Position numbers and translations under genes: made by a program. Below are positions 62,101 to 64,000 of a stretch of DNA of 64,000 bases, piece after piece. The number at the start of each line of letters is the position of its first letter. The stretch's first letter is position 1. The notes under the pieces were generated by a model. It searched no databases, was not told the DNA's origin, and saw only the letters and a list, made by a program, of their open reading frames with translations. Source of the stretch: an uncultured Clostridia bacterium (GTDB lineage Bacteria; Bacillota; Clostridia; Lutisporales; Lutisporaceae); contig CALGKJ010000130.1 in assembly GCA_937930535.1 (NCBI GenBank), positions 6,168-70,167 on the forward strand. Direction: 5' to 3'.

Positions 62101-63764
62101 ATCCTGAAAAAGCGGAAGATTACGTAGAGTTATTTAAGACCTTGAAGTCAAAGGATAAGCTGCCAGACAACATCATTCATTTATGGTGTGTTGATGACAA
62201 ACATAAGGAAGATAAAAGCAGATACTTTGAAGAAATGCAAAACAGGGGCTTTTATAGCTTGATAAATATAGCAAAAGCAATCAGCAAGCTAAATATTATT
62301 GAACAAGTAAAAATTTCAGTAGTAACTGATTGTATGCAGGAAGTTTGCGGAGAAAAGGAGCTGCACCCTGAAAAGGCTACAGTACTTGGTGCAGTAAGAG
62401 TAATACCACAGGAATATATGAATGTATCCTGTATAAGCATAGATATAAACATAGCAGACAAGCTAAGTCAGTGTGAATATATGGCAGAAAATATTATCAG
62501 AGAAACTCAAAAGGGCGGAAGCGAGTATGCAATAGCCTACAGAGGAAGCTCAAGATGGGTACAAAGCTTTGAAAGCATAAAGCCATCAGGAAATAACATA
62601 ACGACTTATCTTAAGAATGAAGGCGTTTATCTCGTAACCGGAGGTCTGGGAAATATAGGCTTGATATTTGCAGGGCATTTAGCCAAGGAATACAAAGCAA
62701 AGCTTGTACTAATCAGCAGAACTGAATTCCCGGAAAAAGATCAGTGGACACAATGGCTTGCAGCAAAAGGCAGCGAAGATTCTGTCAGCAAAAAGATAGT
62801 GAAGCTTATGGAATTAGAAGAAGCTGGAGCAGAGGTGCTAATATATGTAGCAGACGTATCCAGTGAAGAGCAGATGCAGAAAGCTGTTGAAACAGCAGTT
62901 GCGAGGTTTGGAATAATTAATGGAGTAATCCATGCAGCAGGAGTTGTCGGTGAAAAAACTTACAGCTCTATCCAAGAGCTAGATATTGCTAAATACAAAG
63001 AACAAGCTGTACCTAAAATATATGGCACAAATGTATTGGCGAAGGTTTTAAGAGACATAAAATTGGATTTCTATTTAATGGTATCGTCTTTATCAGTAGT
63101 GCTTGGAGGACTTGGACTATCTGCTTATTCAGCAGTAAATCTATATATGGATGCTTTTGCGAGAAAATGTAATACACAAAGTGAAGTACCGTGGATTAGT
63201 GCAAACTGGGACGGATGGGCATTTACAGAAAAGGTTGAAAGTCCTGACGGATTCTTCATATCACCTGAGGAAGGCGTAAAAGCTCTAGGTTATGTATTAG
63301 CAAAGGGCATGATGAAAAACACAATAGTCTCCAGTGGAGATCTAAAGCATAGAATTGACCGTTGGGTAATAAGCAGTAATGCTGGCATTAAGAACAATGC
63401 CCAGTCAAAACAAGGCAGAAAAGATTGTACTGGCGGACAAGGAAATGAGCTGGAACAAAAAATAGCTTACATATGGAGTGACTTATTGGGAGTTGAGCAG
63501 CTAGGGTTAAATGATGATTTCTTTGAATTGGGAGGAAATTCACTTATTGCCGCACAAGTCATATACCGTATGAGAGCTGAACTGCAATTGGATATGCCCA
63601 TAAAAGAATTTTTTGATACTCCTACTGTCAGCGGTATTGCAAAAAAGATTCAAAGTATGGAGGATAATAAGAAAAAAATTGCTGAAGCTCTAAATTCAGT
63701 CAAGTCCCTTTCAAAAACAGAAGTGGAAAAGCTGTTAGAACAAGTTAAAGCAAGAAAGGAATAA
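59181..63764 (+). CDS. Type I PKS module KS-AT-KR-ACP
   Basis: KS motifs GCSTSLVA, ETHGTGT and NIGHLDAAAG. AT motifs GQGSQY, GHSVGEY and HAFHS (malonyl-type). KR motifs TGGLGNIG and YSAVN. ACP motif GGNSL. ATG 59181 overlaps the NRPS stop (ATGAGTAA). The ORF track extends to 59094. Confidence 0.92.
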   Translation: MSNDNTQNFGDNIAIISLAGRFPGADSINEFWNNIKNGVESIQFFTDEELKKSNIEPALFNDSNYVKAGAVIEDIDMFDPQFFGFNKREAEILNPQHRMFLECAWEAIESAGYNPETYNGRIGVYAGEGFNTYLLNIASDPHLASTMNEIQMLIGNDKDFLATQVSYKLNLKGPGVTVQCGCSTSLVALTMACQGLNSYQCDMALAGGIRLGIPQKGGYLYKEGSILSPDGHCKPFDEKANGTVGGNGAAIVALKRLEDALADGDYIYAVIKGTAINNDGSLKIGYTAPSIEGQSEVIYEAQEVAGINPENIEYIETHGTGTELGDPIEFNALTEVYRNKTSKKRFCALGSVKANIGHLDAAAGTAGVIKAALTLKNKTIPPCVNFEKPNPKLKMEDSPFYVPTEALAWKSEGKPRRAGVSSFGIGGTNAHVVLEEAPEIQSTVSNKPWHMLTLSAKTENALDNMTINLLEFLRNNPETNLADAAHTLQMGRKEFNHRKAVVCNNIADAVEVMEKSFNERIVKGSGEVTGRGVVFMFPGQGSQYINMGLELYKNEKIFKEQVDLCAKLLEPHLGLDLREVLFPNDQEADAEQINQTYLAQPALFTMEYAMAQTLISYGIVPKAMVGHSVGEYVAACISGVITLKEVLPLIAARGRMMQGQPRGVMTAVSECEKEVLPLLNEDVSIAAVNSPMSCVISGPEEKVSEVEAVLEQKGVKYVRLHTSHAFHSSMMDSIIEPFAAKVGKAQLNAPKIPIVSNLTGTWLKDEEAKDPIYWARHLAEAVRFSQCLEELLKDDSLVLIEAGPGNTLSTLAKQQINKESNIKVVPTMRHPRQKNSDTAVLYCALGKMWSEGIKVNFSELYKNEKRMRIPLPTYPFERISCWMGGDRKTQKPVDAIKKAAKNPEVSEWLYAPYWKPAVPVEQVEENSLKWLIFADEHGIADSVASRLNSMGNETTMVYAGEKYKADENDSYSLNPEKAEDYVELFKTLKSKDKLPDNIIHLWCVDDKHKEDKSRYFEEMQNRGFYSLINIAKAISKLNIIEQVKISVVTDCMQEVCGEKELHPEKATVLGAVRVIPQEYMNVSCISIDINIADKLSQCEYMAENIIRETQKGGSEYAIAYRGSSRWVQSFESIKPSGNNITTYLKNEGVYLVTGGLGNIGLIFAGHLAKEYKAKLVLISRTEFPEKDQWTQWLAAKGSEDSVSKKIVKLMELEEAGAEVLIYVADVSSEEQMQKAVETAVARFGIINGVIHAAGVVGEKTYSSIQELDIAKYKEQAVPKIYGTNVLAKVLRDIKLDFYLMVSSLSVVLGGLGLSAYSAVNLYMDAFARKCNTQSEVPWISANWDGWAFTEKVESPDGFFISPEEGVKALGYVLAKGMMKNTIVSSGDLKHRIDRWVISSNAGIKNNAQSKQGRKDCTGGQGNELEQKIAYIWSDLLGVEQLGLNDDFFELGGNSLIAAQVIYRMRAELQLDMPIKEFFDTPTVSGIAKKIQSMEDNKKKIAEALNSVKSLSKTEVEKLLEQVKARKE

Positions 63765-63769
63765 TAATA

Positions 63770-64000
63770 ATGGATATATTAAATAGTCTTAATGAATTAT
63801 CGCCGGAACAACAGGAATTATTAGCCGAGCTGCTAAAACAGCAAGGAATTGATATATCTCAATATGTAGGCAGTGAAGATAAATATTCATCTATACAGCC
63901 TGTAGAAAAGAAAGATTATTATGCAGTTTCTTCTGCACAAAAACGTTTATATGTATTAAGTCAGATGGATGGAACTTATATAAGCTATAATATGCCAGGC
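63770..64000 (+). CDS. Next NRPS protein (N-terminal docking region plus start of a condensation domain), truncated by the window end
   Basis: My own translation from ATG 63770 gives MDILNSLNELSPEQQELLAELLKQQG...YYAVSSAQKRLYVLSQMDG (C1 motif). The frame stays open to base 64000. Confidence 0.8.
   Translation, partial: MDILNSLNELSPEQQELLAELLKQQGIDISQYVGSEDKYSSIQPVEKKDYYAVSSAQKRLYVLSQMDGTYISYNMPG

Overview
This is an AT-rich, low-GC Firmicute chromosome window that looks Clostridium-like: it carries spoIVA, GGAGG-type ribosome-binding sites, and frequent TTG/GTG starts. G+C was not computed.

Bases 1 to about 43.9 kb are core genes, mostly on the + strand:
- phoP-phoR and pstS-pstC-pstA-pstB-phoU, with a PhoP-box array upstream of pstS.
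- The DUF512-der-plsY-gpsA-spoIVA block.
- Minus-strand speD and an M29 aminopeptidase, with speD convergent on spoIVA.
- A PLC-like protein, a ferritin-like protein, a DUF4080 B12-radical SAM protein, polX and nth.
- A nine-gene V-type ATPase operon in Enterococcus hirae ntpFIKECGABD order, with a Na+-binding signature in the proteolipid subunit.
- Oxidative-stress genes: a nitroreductase, a rubredoxin missing from the ORF track, and a flavodiiron protein.
- A Cache-domain chemoreceptor.
- A sigma-54 activator with upstream activating sites and a -24/-12 promoter driving a tungsten-type aldehyde:ferredoxin oxidoreductase, followed by MoaD-like and ThiF-like genes.

From about 44.0 kb to the window end is an accessory region. 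A 1.1 kb non-coding spacer is followed by a hybrid lipo-NRPS/PKS biosynthetic gene cluster that runs off the window: MBL hydrolase, discrete acyltransferase, type II thioesterase, FAAL-ACP-C, a stand-alone B12-radical SAM enzyme, [half-C]-A-T-C-A-T, KS-AT-KR-ACP, and a further C-domain protein.

The most unusual points are:
- The radical SAM gene sits inside the assembly line.
- The radical SAM protein and the preceding FAAL-ACP-C protein share a near-identical C-terminal tail (NIL..DDDFxF).
- The next NRPS opens with a condensation domain that lacks its catalytic half.
- A dispersed two-module repeat family occurs in the pst operon and around the cluster.
- A tandem 105-nt repeat between polX and nth shows compensatory stem changes.

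I recognised no rRNA, tRNA, CRISPR array, transposase or prophage genes.
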